Shown here piece after piece: positions 1 through 9,547 of a DNA stretch of 64,000 nucleotides (positions within the stretch are counted from its first letter, which is position 1; every line of letters starts with the position of its first letter). Source of the DNA: Candidatus Omnitrophota bacterium. Its GTDB lineage: Bacteria > Omnitrophota > Gorgyraeia > Zapsychrales > Fredricksoniimonadaceae. Made by a program: the position numbers and the translations under genes. The notes below the pieces were generated by a model, which was not told the origin of the DNA, made no database searches, and was given only the letters and a program-made list of their open reading frames with translations. Location of the stretch: assembly GCA_903944345.1 (NCBI GenBank), contig CAJARJ010000019.1, forward strand, positions 7,480 through 71,479. Direction: 5' to 3'.

Positions 1-361
1 GGGCTTTGTTAAAACGATGAATTTCATCAATAAACAGAATTGTCCTCATCCCGGAGGAAGAAAGACGATTCCTGGCTGCTACGATAATACGACGCAACTC
101 CTCCACATTCGACATAACTGCATTTATGCTTTCAAACCGGGCTTTGGTGCGGGCACTAATGCAAAATGCCAGAGTTGTTTTGCCAACCCCGGGAGGGCCA
201 TAAAAAATCAGCGAGCTTATACGATCAGCCTCTATCGAACGAATCAGGAGCTTGCCCGGGCCAAGAATATGTTCCTGGCCATAATACTCTTCAAGCGTTC
301 GCGGGCGCATCCTGGCCGACAAAGGACTGTGCCGGGTGTCGGTGGTTTCGAAAAAATCCAT
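1..361 (-). CDS. rarA: Replication-associated recombination protein A (RarA/MgsA), N-terminal part; runs off the window start
   Basis: Not in the ORF track. Manual translation from ATG at 361: MDFFETTDTRHSPLSARMRPRTLEEYYGQEHILGPGKLL...YGPPGVGKTTLA...LFIDEIHRFNKA, the RarA signature motifs. Confidence 0.93.
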   Translation of the reverse strand, partial: MDFFETTDTRHSPLSARMRPRTLEEYYGQEHILGPGKLLIRSIEADRISSLIFYGPPGVGKTTLAFCISARTKARFESINAVMSNVEELRRIIVAARNRLSSSGMRTILFIDEIHRFNKA

Positions 362-383
362 ATTCGTTTCTTCTGCTTTTGTT

Positions 384-414
384 AAAAAAAAACCGCGCGA
401 TAGAAACCGCGCGG
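384..414 (-). terminator. Intrinsic terminator after the putative 6S RNA
   Basis: Minus strand CCGCGCG-gtttctat-CGCGCGG followed by a run of 9 T. Confidence 0.8.
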
Positions 415-419
415 AAAAG

Positions 420-564
420 ATCCACTTATGCCGTTGGAAGCCCGTGTATCGAACCTGATAAACAGGTGGAGTCAAGCTCGCGGTCCAGAGACACACAAAG
501 ACAACAGACTCCCGTAATATTGTATTGGTTCAATATTACAAACCTCCTGACGCGCACAGCAGAC
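420..564 (-). ncRNA. ssrS: Probable 6S RNA
   Basis: Long rod-like self-complementarity (GGAGGTTTGT/ACGGGCTTCC, TGAACC/GGTTCG) around a central bubble, with TTGAACCAAT..GGGAG..CCACCTG..CAGGTTC motifs. Lies directly downstream of pheT and is followed by a terminator. Confidence 0.75.
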
Positions 565-567
565 AAA

Positions 568-2589
568 CTACCTTCTTTTAATATGAAAAATCTCGGTTAA
601 ACGGGCCGCTATCTTTTCATTCAAGGTATTGACTTCCTCATCCGTCAAAGTCCGCTCTTTTGACTGATAGACTAATGAAAAGACATATCCCCTGAAGCCC
701 GCATCCATCTTATCACCGGAATACAATTCAACAAAGTTGATTTTTTGCAGCAGCCCCGCCCCCAGGCGCATACACTCACTAGTAATAGCGTCAAAACTAA
801 CATCCCGAACAGCTAGAGAAAGATCCCTGGTCATCGAAGGAAAATCATTAAGCTCAAGAAACTTTCTCAATGGCTCCGCCGTCATAAGAACTCCATCCAG
901 ATCAAGTTCCGCAAAATAAAGCCTGCTCTTCTTAATATCAAAACGGGCAAGAACCTCGTCTCGCACTCGACCAATACGGCCGGCATATTGCCCGTTAATA
1001 CTCAACTGCGCCGACTGCCCCGACTCCAGAGCATCATCCTGTTGCGCGGAAAATACCACACCGGAAACTCCCAGTTTTCCCAAAACCGACTGCAATGCAC
1101 CTTTCAAATCAAAAAAATCCAACGTTCTTTTTTCGCTGACCCGCCAATCATCTGAATACTTTCCACCCATCAACAAAGACAAGGACCACATCTCCCTCCC
1201 CGGAAGATAGCGTTTCCCCAACTCAAAAAGACGCAAATCTTTCTGGCCGCGATTAATATTTCCGGACGCGACGGACAACATTCCGACCAGCGCCGTTGGT
1301 TTCATCACTTCCTGTTCGGTCGACATCGGATTCTTCAAGGAAATCAGCGGACCGGTGTAATTTGCCTTCTCGAGTGCAGTTCTACCCGTAAGCGCATAAG
1401 TAATAATTTCATTAAAACCAAGCCCCACCAGCGTTTCATTAGTGCTACGTATAACGCCTTCTTCTTTCTTGTTCACTGAAATATTGGTCGACGGAACCTG
1501 AGGAATCGTCATCGGCAAATTATCATAACCAATGATCCGGGCAATCTCCTCAATCACATCCTGCTTGATTTGAATATCATTACGGAAATGCGGAGGAATA
1601 ACTGTCAGGTGCCGCTCTTCCTGCGGAACCATACAGCCGAGTCTTTTCAATATTCGGCGAGACCTGGTGAGATCCAGATCTGCCCCTATTAAATTCGAAA
1701 TGTCGTCAGAGCATACAACGATTTCCCGGCGAGAAATTTCCGGCTTTTGTGCCACGAAATCCCTGCGCGCATAAAGGGTTCCGCCTGCCTCGGATAAAAC
1801 AAGATCCGTCGCTCGGGCCGAAGCCGTCTCAATTGTTCTCCATGCCGTTCCCCGTTCAAATCGATAACAGGAATCACTGGTCAATGCCAGCTTGCGTGAA
1901 GCCCGGCGGATAACGCCAAGCTCGAAAGAGGCCGCTTCCAACAAAATATTTTTTGTCGCTGAAGTCACCGCCGTATCCATCCCCCCCATAATTCCGGCAA
2001 TGGCCACGGGCCTGCGCTCATCAGCAACCACCAAAATGCTTTCATCCAGTTTTCTTTCCACTCCATCCAAAGTAACTATTTTCTCTCCGGCTCTGGCCCG
2101 ACGCACAATGATCTTTTTTCCCTCGAGACGATCCAGATCAAAAGCATGTAGCGGCTGTCCATACTCGAAAAGTACAAAGTTGGTAACATCCACCACGTTG
2201 GAAAGTTGCTTCAGGCCCAGAGACTGCAAAAATTCTGAATGTTCTGCCGAGAAAGGCTTTACCTTCACTCCGGTGACAATAGTTCCTATATAGCGCCCAC
2301 AGTCTGTAGGATTCTCTATCGAAATATCTATCTCGCCTTTGTCGTCCTGATCCGAAACATCCGGAAGCACCAGGTCACGATCCACAATAGCCGAAATTTC
2401 CCGTGCCAGACCGAGCACGCTCAAGCAATCCGGACGGTTGGGAGTAACTTCTATCTCAAAAACAATATCCTCTCCAACCCGTTCAACGTGTTCTACCTCA
2501 AGCCCTGCCATGGTCATGCGCGTTGACAATTCTTCCGGCGTCAATCCGTGATCAATGTATTTTTTTAACCAGTTCAAACTTAATTTCAT
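568..2589 (-). CDS. pheT: Phenylalanine--tRNA ligase beta subunit (short form lacking the B2 OB-fold)
   Basis: MKLSLNWL start, TPNRPDCLS, GQPLHAFD, RFERG, DVIEEIARIIGY and a C-terminal FDX-ACB domain. Confidence 0.97.
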   Translation of the reverse strand: MKLSLNWLKKYIDHGLTPEELSTRMTMAGLEVEHVERVGEDIVFEIEVTPNRPDCLSVLGLAREISAIVDRDLVLPDVSDQDDKGEIDISIENPTDCGRYIGTIVTGVKVKPFSAEHSEFLQSLGLKQLSNVVDVTNFVLFEYGQPLHAFDLDRLEGKKIIVRRARAGEKIVTLDGVERKLDESILVVADERRPVAIAGIMGGMDTAVTSATKNILLEAASFELGVIRRASRKLALTSDSCYRFERGTAWRTIETASARATDLVLSEAGGTLYARRDFVAQKPEISRREIVVCSDDISNLIGADLDLTRSRRILKRLGCMVPQEERHLTVIPPHFRNDIQIKQDVIEEIARIIGYDNLPMTIPQVPSTNISVNKKEEGVIRSTNETLVGLGFNEIITYALTGRTALEKANYTGPLISLKNPMSTEQEVMKPTALVGMLSVASGNINRGQKDLRLFELGKRYLPGREMWSLSLLMGGKYSDDWRVSEKRTLDFFDLKGALQSVLGKLGVSGVVFSAQQDDALESGQSAQLSINGQYAGRIGRVRDEVLARFDIKKSRLYFAELDLDGVLMTAEPLRKFLELNDFPSMTRDLSLAVRDVSFDAITSECMRLGAGLLQKINFVELYSGDKMDAGFRGYVFSLVYQSKERTLTDEEVNTLNEKIAARLTEIFHIKRR

Positions 2590-2632
2590 ATTTTTATCCC
2601 GCTCGTCTTGCTCTAAAGAGCGCAGCCCAAAA

Positions 2633-3646
2633 CTAGTACTGCTTCAAAAACCTCACATCATTTTCCACAAATGTCCGAATGTCTCCAATACCGTGTTTCA
2701 GCATCGCTATGCGTTCGACCCCCATGCCAAACGCCAGTCCGCAATACTCTCCGGCAGGATACCCTGCCGCCTCGAAAACTTTAGGATGAACCATGCCACA
2801 ACCAAGAATTTCCAGCCACTTCCCGGCACGCCCTTTAAAAATATTGGACTGAATATCCACCTCGGCCGATGGCTCAGTAAAAGGAAAAAAATGAGGACGA
2901 AATCGCATCACCACGTCTTCACCGAAATATTTCTGACAGAAAGTCGTCAGCAGGCCCTTAAGGTCAGAAAAAGTGACCTGCTTGCCTACAAGAAGACCCT
3001 CAATTTGATGAAACATGAACGAATGACTGGCATCCAAGGCGTCGGGGCGATAAACCTTTCCCGGAATAATAACGGCCAAAGGCGGCTTGAATTTCTGCAT
3101 AACCCGAACTTGTCCCGGAGAAGTATGGCTGCGCAGCAATAAATTTCTCCCAGGCGTCAGCGGGTCAGCCTCATCCAGATAAAAAGTATCAAAAGAATCT
3201 CTCGACGGATGATCAAGCGGAATGTTCAGAGCAGAAAAATTATAAAACTCTCTTTCTATCTCCGGGCCTCTCTGGATGACAAAACCCATGCGCTCGAACA
3301 CATCACAAATTTCATCCATCGTCTGATGAATCAGATGACGTGTTCCCAACGGAGAAACTATCCCGGGAAGAGTGACATCAATTGCATTGCTTTGCTTGTT
3401 CTGTTGCCCAAGAAATATTTTTCGTTCGGCTATCAGCTCTTCTGCCAACTGCCTGATTTCATTGGCCTCTTTTCCAATCAACTTCTTTTCTTCCGGCAAA
3501 GCAGTCGCAAGTCCGACGTACATCTGGGCAACAATTCCTTTCTTGCCTAAAAAACCAAGACGCACTGTCTCCAGCATTTTGTCATCAGCAGCTTCAGCTG
3601 TCGCCCGACGTAGATCTATTTTTATTTTCTCAATATCCAACGGCAT
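2633..3646 (-). CDS. pheS: Phenylalanine--tRNA ligase alpha subunit
   Basis: LLRSHTSPGQ, FHQIEG, FRPHFFPFTEPSAEVD, GLAFGMGVERIAML. Confidence 0.98.
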   Translation of the reverse strand: MPLDIEKIKIDLRRATAEAADDKMLETVRLGFLGKKGIVAQMYVGLATALPEEKKLIGKEANEIRQLAEELIAERKIFLGQQNKQSNAIDVTLPGIVSPLGTRHLIHQTMDEICDVFERMGFVIQRGPEIEREFYNFSALNIPLDHPSRDSFDTFYLDEADPLTPGRNLLLRSHTSPGQVRVMQKFKPPLAVIIPGKVYRPDALDASHSFMFHQIEGLLVGKQVTFSDLKGLLTTFCQKYFGEDVVMRFRPHFFPFTEPSAEVDIQSNIFKGRAGKWLEILGCGMVHPKVFEAAGYPAGEYCGLAFGMGVERIAMLKHGIGDIRTFVENDVRFLKQY

Positions 3647-3667
3647 ATATTTTGATACCCTCAGTTA

Positions 3668-3700
3668 AATAAAAAGGGATCTTGTTGCCAAGACCCCTTT
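3668..3700 (-). terminator. Intrinsic terminator after rplT
   Basis: Minus strand AAAGGGGTCTTG-gcaa-CAAGATCCCTTT followed by a T-rich tail. Confidence 0.7.
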
Positions 3701-3724
3701 AGGAAAAAACCTGAAGTGCTTTTT

Positions 3725-4108
3725 TCAGTTCTTCTTCATCCGCGTAATCGTCGCGGGTAAGGCCTTATCAGCGATCTGAACAATTTGCGTAAAAGTTTTA
3801 GGATCATTTAACGCAATTTCGGATAGCATTTTACGATCCAGCGTAATTTTAGCTTCTTTCAATCCCCGAATCAGGCGGCTGTAAATAATTCCATTGTCTT
3901 TACAGGCGGCATTGATACGCACAATCCACAAGCTGCGAAAATCCCGTGCGCGGGCCTTACGATGTTTTGTAGAATAACGAAGAGCTCGAATAACTGTCTT
4001 AATCGCTTGCACATAACGATTTTTGCGTTGTCCGAAGTACCCTTTCGTAATCTTGAATATACGTTTGCGTCCGCGTTTACGAGCTACTGACGCTTTAATT
4101 CTAACCAT
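3725..4108 (-). CDS. rplT: 50S ribosomal protein L20
   Basis: MVRIK...KGYFG...RDFRSLWIVRINAA...LDRKMLSEIA; infC-rpmI-rplT order. Confidence 0.97.
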   Translation of the reverse strand: MVRIKASVARKRGRKRIFKITKGYFGQRKNRYVQAIKTVIRALRYSTKHRKARARDFRSLWIVRINAACKDNGIIYSRLIRGLKEAKITLDRKMLSEIALNDPKTFTQIVQIADKALPATITRMKKN

Positions 4109-4298
4109 AGGGCATCATTCTCCTTACTTTCTTCGCATCCGTCGCGACCAAATAGCTGCTTCTACGCAACTTGCGTTTGCGTTTTGCGGTCTTCTTCGAA
4201 AGAATATGTCCGCGATTTGCTCTGCGCTTTTTAACTTTGCCTGACTTGGTGATCTTGAAACGCTTGACCACCCCTTTTTTCGTTTTTAACTTCGGCAT
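4101..4298 (-). CDS. rpmI: 50S ribosomal protein L35
   Basis: MPKLKTKKGVVKRFKITKSGKVK...HILSKK. Confidence 0.97.
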   Translation of the reverse strand: MPKLKTKKGVVKRFKITKSGKVKKRRANRGHILSKKTAKRKRKLRRSSYLVATDAKKVRRMMPYG

Positions 4299-4313
4299 AT
4301 GACCCTCTGATTG

Positions 4314-4835
4314 TTACATCTTTTCTGACTTTGGCGCCAGAACCAGGAACATGATGCGGCCTTCCATCATCACGTCTTTTTCGATCTGCGCTATGTCAGA
4401 AAGTTCGCTGACAAATTTATCCAACAACTTCTTGGCCTGATCCCGAAAAGCCATTTCACGTCCGGAGAAAAACAGATTAACCCGAACCTTATCTTTCTTT
4501 TCCAAGAATGCGCGCGACTGGTTAATTTTAGTTTCCAAATCGTGCTCATCAATATGTGGCTTAATACGAACTTGTTTAAGATGAGAAATATGTGCGTTCT
4601 TTCGAGCCTTTCTCTCTTTTTTTTCCTGCTCGTATTTATACTTACTGTAATCCATTATCCGGCAGACAGGCGGCTTGGCTGTCGGAGCAACTTCAACCAG
4701 ATCAAGCCCAACTTCTTCTGCCATCTGTATTGCCCGGAAAACCGGAAGAACGCCCAACTGTTCAGAATTCGCCCCGATGACTCGCACCTCAGGGATACGG
4801 ATCTGCTCATTGACTCGAATTCGTTTCTGGATGAT
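4314..4835 (-). CDS. infC: Translation initiation factor IF-3 (probable non-canonical ATC start)
   Basis: RVNEQIRIPEVRVI, LDLVEVAPTAKPPVCRIMDYSKYKYE, FSGREM. SD GGAGG at 4845-4841 precedes ATC codons at 4835 and 4832. Confidence 0.96.
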   Translation of the reverse strand: MIQKRIRVNEQIRIPEVRVIGANSEQLGVLPVFRAIQMAEEVGLDLVEVAPTAKPPVCRIMDYSKYKYEQEKKERKARKNAHISHLKQVRIKPHIDEHDLETKINQSRAFLEKKDKVRVNLFFSGREMAFRDQAKKLLDKFVSELSDIAQIEKDVMMEGRIMFLVLAPKSEKM

Positions 4836-4892
4836 ACAAACCTCCACTGATTTCTTGTTATGCCTTAAAACGGCAGTTATTATCTTAAAAAA

Positions 4893-6632
4893 CTAAATTT
4901 TGTCAACGATATCTTTCTTGGCCAGTACTGAGAAATCTGTAAGTGACATTGCCCCAAGATCTGTTTCCGGACGTTTTCGAACAGAAACCATACCAGAAGA
5001 AACCTCTTTATCCCCGACAATAAGCATATATGGAATTCTCTGCATGCGCCCTTCACGAATACGTTTACCAAGAGATTCATTACGTGCGTCCACCTCCACA
5101 CGAAAACCTTCTGCTCGCAACGCATCTGCAACATTCCTGGAAAAAGCGTCATGATCACTTTTGATCGGGATAACAAGCGCCTGAACGGGCGACAACCACA
5201 ATGGAAAATTTCCGGAATAATGCTCAATTAATGTTCCAAAAAAACGCTCAACACTACCAAAAAGAGCCCGGTGAATCATTATCGGGCGTTCTTCTTTTCC
5301 ATCCGCATTTGTAAACTTGAGATTAAAACGCTCCGGCAAAGCAAAATCGCACTGAATAGTCGAACACTGCCATCTGCGATTGAGCGCATCTTTAAGTTTA
5401 AGATCAATCTTGGGGCCATAAAAGGCTCCGTCGCCTTCATTGATCTTGAAAACAATTTTCTTTTTTTCCAGAGCACCGCGTAAAGCATTGGTTGCCAGAT
5501 CCCAATCCTCCTGCTTTCCGATAAATTTTTCCGGACGGGTGCTGAGTTCAATTTCATAATCTTTGAAACCGAAAGCAGAAAGTAATTCAAACGCAAGATC
5601 GATCACCTTCTCAATTTCATCCTGCACCTGGTCCCGGCGACAAAAAATATGAGCATCATCCTGAGTAAATCCTCGCACCCTTAGCAAACCGTGTAAAACC
5701 CCGGCTTTCTCATAACGATAAACAGTTCCTAATTCAAAAAATTTTAACGGCAGCTCGCGATAGGAGTGCAACTTTTTTCCGTATATCAACATGTGCCCTG
5801 GACAATTCATGGGCTTAACAGCATATTCTTCGCCATCAAGTTTAAAATAGTACATATTGTCGCGGTAATGCTCTGCATGACCAGAAATTTCCCACAATTT
5901 TCCTCTCAGAAAATTTGGCGTCATGACAAGATCATATCCGCGTTTAAGATGCAGGTCTCTGGTAAAATCCTCTAGGATTTTACGCATTAATGCACCCTTG
6001 GGATGATAGAAAACCAATCCGGCGCCTGCTTCTTCCTGATAAATATGAAACAAATCAAGCTCTGTCCCCAGTTTACGATGATCTCGCTTGTCTGCTTCGA
6101 GAAGAGTCTGCAGGTGGGCGGCTAGCTCTTCTTTAGAAAAGAAACTTGTACCGTAAATTCGCTGCAACATGGGCTGTTTTTCGTCACCATGCCAATATGC
6201 CCCAGCCACGGAGAGTAGCTTAAAAGCCTTGATCTGGCCCGTCGATCTAACATGCGGACCTTTGCATAAATCAACAAATTCACGAGCGCCTGTCACAAAA
6301 AGCGAAATCTTTTCATCAGGTATCCCGGCAATTAACTCAACCTTATAGGTTTCATTTTTTTGACGAAAAAAATCCAGCGCCTCTTGTTTGCTGACGAGTT
6401 CCTGAACAATGGGAAGATTTCGATCTATGATCTTTTGCATGGACTGTTCAATTCGCACAAGATCCTGATCAGTAAAAGATTCTTTCTTCTCAAAATCATA
6501 ATAGAATCCGCTTTCTATAGCAGGACCTATGGTGACCTTGACATCAGGCCACAACTCTTTGACCGCCTGGGCCATGATGTGGGAACAACTGTGACGGAGC
6601 TTGTCAATCTCGCGGGAATAATCCATATGCAC
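4893..6632 (-). CDS. thrS: Threonine--tRNA ligase (no N-terminal TGS domain)
   Basis: LRHSCSHIMAQAV, DLCKGPH, RDHRKLG, KPMNCPGH, RGFTQDDAH, GAFYGPKID, IHRALFGSVERF. Confidence 0.98.
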   Translation of the reverse strand: MHMDYSREIDKLRHSCSHIMAQAVKELWPDVKVTIGPAIESGFYYDFEKKESFTDQDLVRIEQSMQKIIDRNLPIVQELVSKQEALDFFRQKNETYKVELIAGIPDEKISLFVTGAREFVDLCKGPHVRSTGQIKAFKLLSVAGAYWHGDEKQPMLQRIYGTSFFSKEELAAHLQTLLEADKRDHRKLGTELDLFHIYQEEAGAGLVFYHPKGALMRKILEDFTRDLHLKRGYDLVMTPNFLRGKLWEISGHAEHYRDNMYYFKLDGEEYAVKPMNCPGHMLIYGKKLHSYRELPLKFFELGTVYRYEKAGVLHGLLRVRGFTQDDAHIFCRRDQVQDEIEKVIDLAFELLSAFGFKDYEIELSTRPEKFIGKQEDWDLATNALRGALEKKKIVFKINEGDGAFYGPKIDLKLKDALNRRWQCSTIQCDFALPERFNLKFTNADGKEERPIMIHRALFGSVERFFGTLIEHYSGNFPLWLSPVQALVIPIKSDHDAFSRNVADALRAEGFRVEVDARNESLGKRIREGRMQRIPYMLIVGDKEVSSGMVSVRKRPETDLGAMSLTDFSVLAKKDIVDKI

Positions 6633-6657
6633 GGGACTCGGTGCTTTCTGAAAAAAA

Positions 6658-6734
6658 TGGTGGACCCAAGAGGACTCGAACCTCTGACCTCTTCCATGTC
6701 AAGGAAGCGCTCTAACCAACTGAGCTATGGGTCC
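6658..6734 (-). tRNA. tRNA-Val(GAC)
   Basis: Cloverleaf GGACCCA...TGGGTCC-A-CCA, anticodon arm CTTCC-TT-GAC-AT-GGAAG, T-loop GGTTCGAG. Confidence 0.97.
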
Positions 6735-6848
6735 CAAAAATACCTTGCGACCTGTAAAAGAAGTCTAAAAAAATGATTATACCTTTTCTGCTAGCTGCCG
6801 ACAAGAAAAATCTGGCACATATCCGGATTTCATAAAAATGTTCGAATA

Positions 6849-6931
6849 TGGGCAAGGAGGGAATCGAACCCTCAAGACCTTACGGTCAAAGGATTTTAAG
6901 TCCTTCGTGTATACCATTCCACCACTTGCCC
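6849..6931 (-). tRNA. tRNA-Leu(TAA)
   Basis: GGGCAAG...CTTGCCC-A, anticodon arm AAGGA-CT-TAA-AA-TCCTT, long variable arm GACC-GTAA-GGTC; CCA not encoded. Confidence 0.96.
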
Positions 6932-6954
6932 GCAAGGCATTTATTCTATATATC

Positions 6955-7028
6955 TGGAGGCGTGGACCGGATTCGAACCGGTGGTAACGGTTTTGCAGAC
7001 CGTGGCCTTACCACTTGGCGACCACGCC
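6955..7028 (-). tRNA. tRNA-Cys(GCA)
   Basis: GGCGTGG...CCACGCC-T-CCA, anticodon arm ACGGT-CT-GCA-AA-ACCGT. Confidence 0.97.
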
Positions 7029-7044
7029 AAAAATATTTTTTCCT

Positions 7045-7581
7045 TTACTCCAAAGATTTAATCGCTGCAAGAATTTCATTAATCTCAGCCAATGCGCCTG
7101 CACCTGTGTCGCCACAAGCAAGTCGACCTTCTTTGGGATTAATAAAATTCATTCCGATCTTTTTTAACTCCGATATATTTCGCTGCACGATTGCATTGCT
7201 ATACATGCCCGTGTTCATCGCCGGCGCAATTAAAAGAGGCGCGTTAATGGTAATAGCTACACAGGTCACGGGATCATCTGCCAGCCCCGCCGCAAGTTTA
7301 CCAATAATATTCGCTGTCGCCGGAGCAATAACCATGACCTGCGCCCATTGGGCAAGAGAAATATGCGCCATATCCCACTGCCCGTCTCTGGCAAACATAT
7401 CTCTACAAACAGGACGCTGTGTCAAGACTTCAAACGTCAAAGGTGTGACAAACTTTTCAGCACACGCCGTCATGACTACAGATACTTCGTAGTGATTGTC
7501 CTGCAAGCGTCGAACCAGATCACAAGCCTTATAAGCGGCAATGCTTCCGGATACGCCCAGAAGAAGATTCTTTTTTTTCAT
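7045..7581 (-). CDS. coaC: Phosphopantothenoylcysteine decarboxylase (stand-alone CoaC flavoprotein domain)
   Basis: LLGVSGSIAAYKA, HISLAQWA, APATANIIGKLAAG, APAMNTGMY, GRLACGDTG. It stops after 178 aa with no CoaB domain; start moved to ATG 7581. Confidence 0.9.
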   Translation of the reverse strand: MKKKNLLLGVSGSIAAYKACDLVRRLQDNHYEVSVVMTACAEKFVTPLTFEVLTQRPVCRDMFARDGQWDMAHISLAQWAQVMVIAPATANIIGKLAAGLADDPVTCVAITINAPLLIAPAMNTGMYSNAIVQRNISELKKIGMNFINPKEGRLACGDTGAGALAEINEILAAIKSLE

Positions 7582-7585
7582 AATA

Positions 7586-7810
7586 TCAGAGCTGGACAGG
7601 CGCAAACTTCTCGGCCACCCTGTCAAGAACAACCTTGCCCAATCTAACTTCCCTTAGCGCGGTCGTTACCAGCTTTTCATTCGCCGCAGCTTCTACCAGT
7701 TTGGGAGCTCCATTTGCCAGATCCAAAGCACGCTTCGAAACCAAAGACACCAAACTATAAGAGTTATAGTCGGCTTTGGGCAGTAATTCTTCCAGGGGCA
7801 TATAAACCAT
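7586..7810 (-). CDS. rpoZ: RNA polymerase omega subunit
   Basis: YSLVSLVSKRALDL...KLVTTALREV; gmk-rpoZ-coaC synteny. Confidence 0.9.
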   Translation of the reverse strand: MVYMPLEELLPKADYNSYSLVSLVSKRALDLANGAPKLVEAAANEKLVTTALREVRLGKVVLDRVAEKFAPVQL

Positions 7811-7878
7811 TAGCTTGACCTCTTTCAAGAAACGTTAACGAAAATAGTGTTTCTATATAACACACCTGCGGAAAAAAG

Positions 7879-8490
7879 TCAACGACGGTTGCTCTCGGGT
7901 GCTATTTCTCGAGCAATAATTACACTCAATTCGGCATACGCACGCTCAAGGTCATCATTCACAATAATATAATTATAATGCTTTGCGCACTCCAATTCCT
8001 CGGCGGCCGCTTTCATTCGAATCTCTATGGACTTCGCATCATCTGTCTTACGGGCAATCAAGCGTTCCCGCAAAACTTCGAGTGTCGGTGTTCTAACAAA
8101 AATTTTTAATGCTGAAGGTATTTTCTGTTCCACCTGACTCGCACCTTGAACATCAATACACAACAACAGGCTCTTTCCCTGTCCGAGAATTTCCCTGGTG
8201 CTTTTCATCATGGTTCCATAATAATTGTTATATATTTTCGCCCACTCAAGAAACTGTCCGGATTTAATTTTATATTCGAACATCTTTTGCGAAAGAAAAA
8301 CATAGTCCTGCCCGTTGACCTCTTTCCCCCTTGGTAAACGCGTCGTCGCCGATATAGAACGAAGTATCCGACCATTAAATTTTTTGTCTTTCAGCAAACA
8401 ATCATGCAGGGTCGTTTTACCGGCACCAGACGGGCCGGAAAGAACTATTACCCGGCCCTTTGCCACTGTTTTAACCTCTTCTATCAACAT
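7879..8490 (-). CDS. gmk: Guanylate kinase
   Basis: LSGPSGAGKTT, SISATTRLPR, FLEWA, IDVQGA. Confidence 0.97.
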   Translation of the reverse strand: MLIEEVKTVAKGRVIVLSGPSGAGKTTLHDCLLKDKKFNGRILRSISATTRLPRGKEVNGQDYVFLSQKMFEYKIKSGQFLEWAKIYNNYYGTMMKSTREILGQGKSLLLCIDVQGASQVEQKIPSALKIFVRTPTLEVLRERLIARKTDDAKSIEIRMKAAAEELECAKHYNYIIVNDDLERAYAELSVIIAREIAPESNRR

Positions 8491-8513
8491 AAAAGGACAT
8501 CTTCCTTAAGGCC

Positions 8514-9335
8514 TTACTCAATATTATTGGCCTGTTCGCGAATTTTTTCAATCTTACTCTTTAAGGCAATTACCGCATTGGTCACCAAGTCATCCTGTAA
8601 CTTTGATCCCAGCGTATTTGTTTCACGCTGCATTTCCTGAGCAATAAAATCAAGCTTCTTTCCCGCTTGCTTGCCATCTTTTAATAGCAAGCGCATTTCT
8701 TCAATATAATGATGAAACCTTGCGACCTCTTCGTTAACATCTATACTTTTCTGAAAAGATGAAAATTCTTCCGGCTTAAGGTTTTTCTGCCTGTTACGCA
8801 AAATCTCCAAAGACCGTTTCTCTATGGATTTAAGACGGTCGGTCATTTTCTTTAGTTTATCACTAATGTCGACAACCAAGCTTTTACCCTCACGGGCACG
8901 CATCACTTCTAAACTTTTTACCGCCGACTTGAGTGCTCGTTCTATGGCTGGCCACAATATTGAGGGATCAACAACCGCATCTCGAACATCAACAACACCC
9001 GGCATGCGAATTAGATCTGCCAGTGTCAGATTATTGGTCAACCTATACTTCTTTTCTATGCTCTTGGCATGCTTGAGATATTCATGTATTAATTCTTCGT
9101 TAAAAACGGCCTGTTGACCTGGTCGATCTTGAATTTTTAAAGAAACTGTAACTCGTCCACGTATAAGAACTTTAGATAAAACATCTCTTATTTTTCCCTC
9201 AACAACACCGAAGCCGACGGGCAAATAAAACGCGAGATCAAAAAAACGATGATTCACACTTTTGACCTCGATGGTTCCCTTGATTTTTCCGAACGCAAAC
9301 TGCGCGACACCAAAACCAGTCATTCCCCTAATCAT
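8514..9335 (-). CDS. yicC: YicC/YloC family endoribonuclease
   Basis: MIRGMTGFG, EVKSVNHRF, GKKLDFIAQEMQRETNTLGSK, EKIREQANNIE. Confidence 0.95.
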   Translation of the reverse strand: MIRGMTGFGVAQFAFGKIKGTIEVKSVNHRFFDLAFYLPVGFGVVEGKIRDVLSKVLIRGRVTVSLKIQDRPGQQAVFNEELIHEYLKHAKSIEKKYRLTNNLTLADLIRMPGVVDVRDAVVDPSILWPAIERALKSAVKSLEVMRAREGKSLVVDISDKLKKMTDRLKSIEKRSLEILRNRQKNLKPEEFSSFQKSIDVNEEVARFHHYIEEMRLLLKDGKQAGKKLDFIAQEMQRETNTLGSKLQDDLVTNAVIALKSKIEKIREQANNIE

Positions 9336-9547
9336 GATGCGTCCCTTCTTACAATTAATCCTTGTTCTTTAGCCCGAATTTTTCTTTAATGAGGGAATCC
9401 AGATAACCCCCCAACCTTTTCTCATTTTCGTGACTGAAAAACTGCCTTCAACCATTTTCCTCTGTTAGGCTAAGCATTCTTCCCTGAGCGCTAGCAGTCC
9501 ACCTTTAAAGCATTCCTTGATCCTTTTAAAATATGGCAATAAACGTT

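Noticed and set aside
17-600. Plus-strand ORFs 17..385 and 166..600
   Set aside because: Antisense to rarA and the 6S RNA candidate.
3647-3724. T-box or leader peptide for pheS
   Set aside because: Only a terminator hairpin is present; the region is too short and has no T-box consensus.
6360-7492. Plus-strand ORFs 6360..6776 and 6848..7492
   Set aside because: Antisense read-through of thrS, the tRNA genes and coaC.
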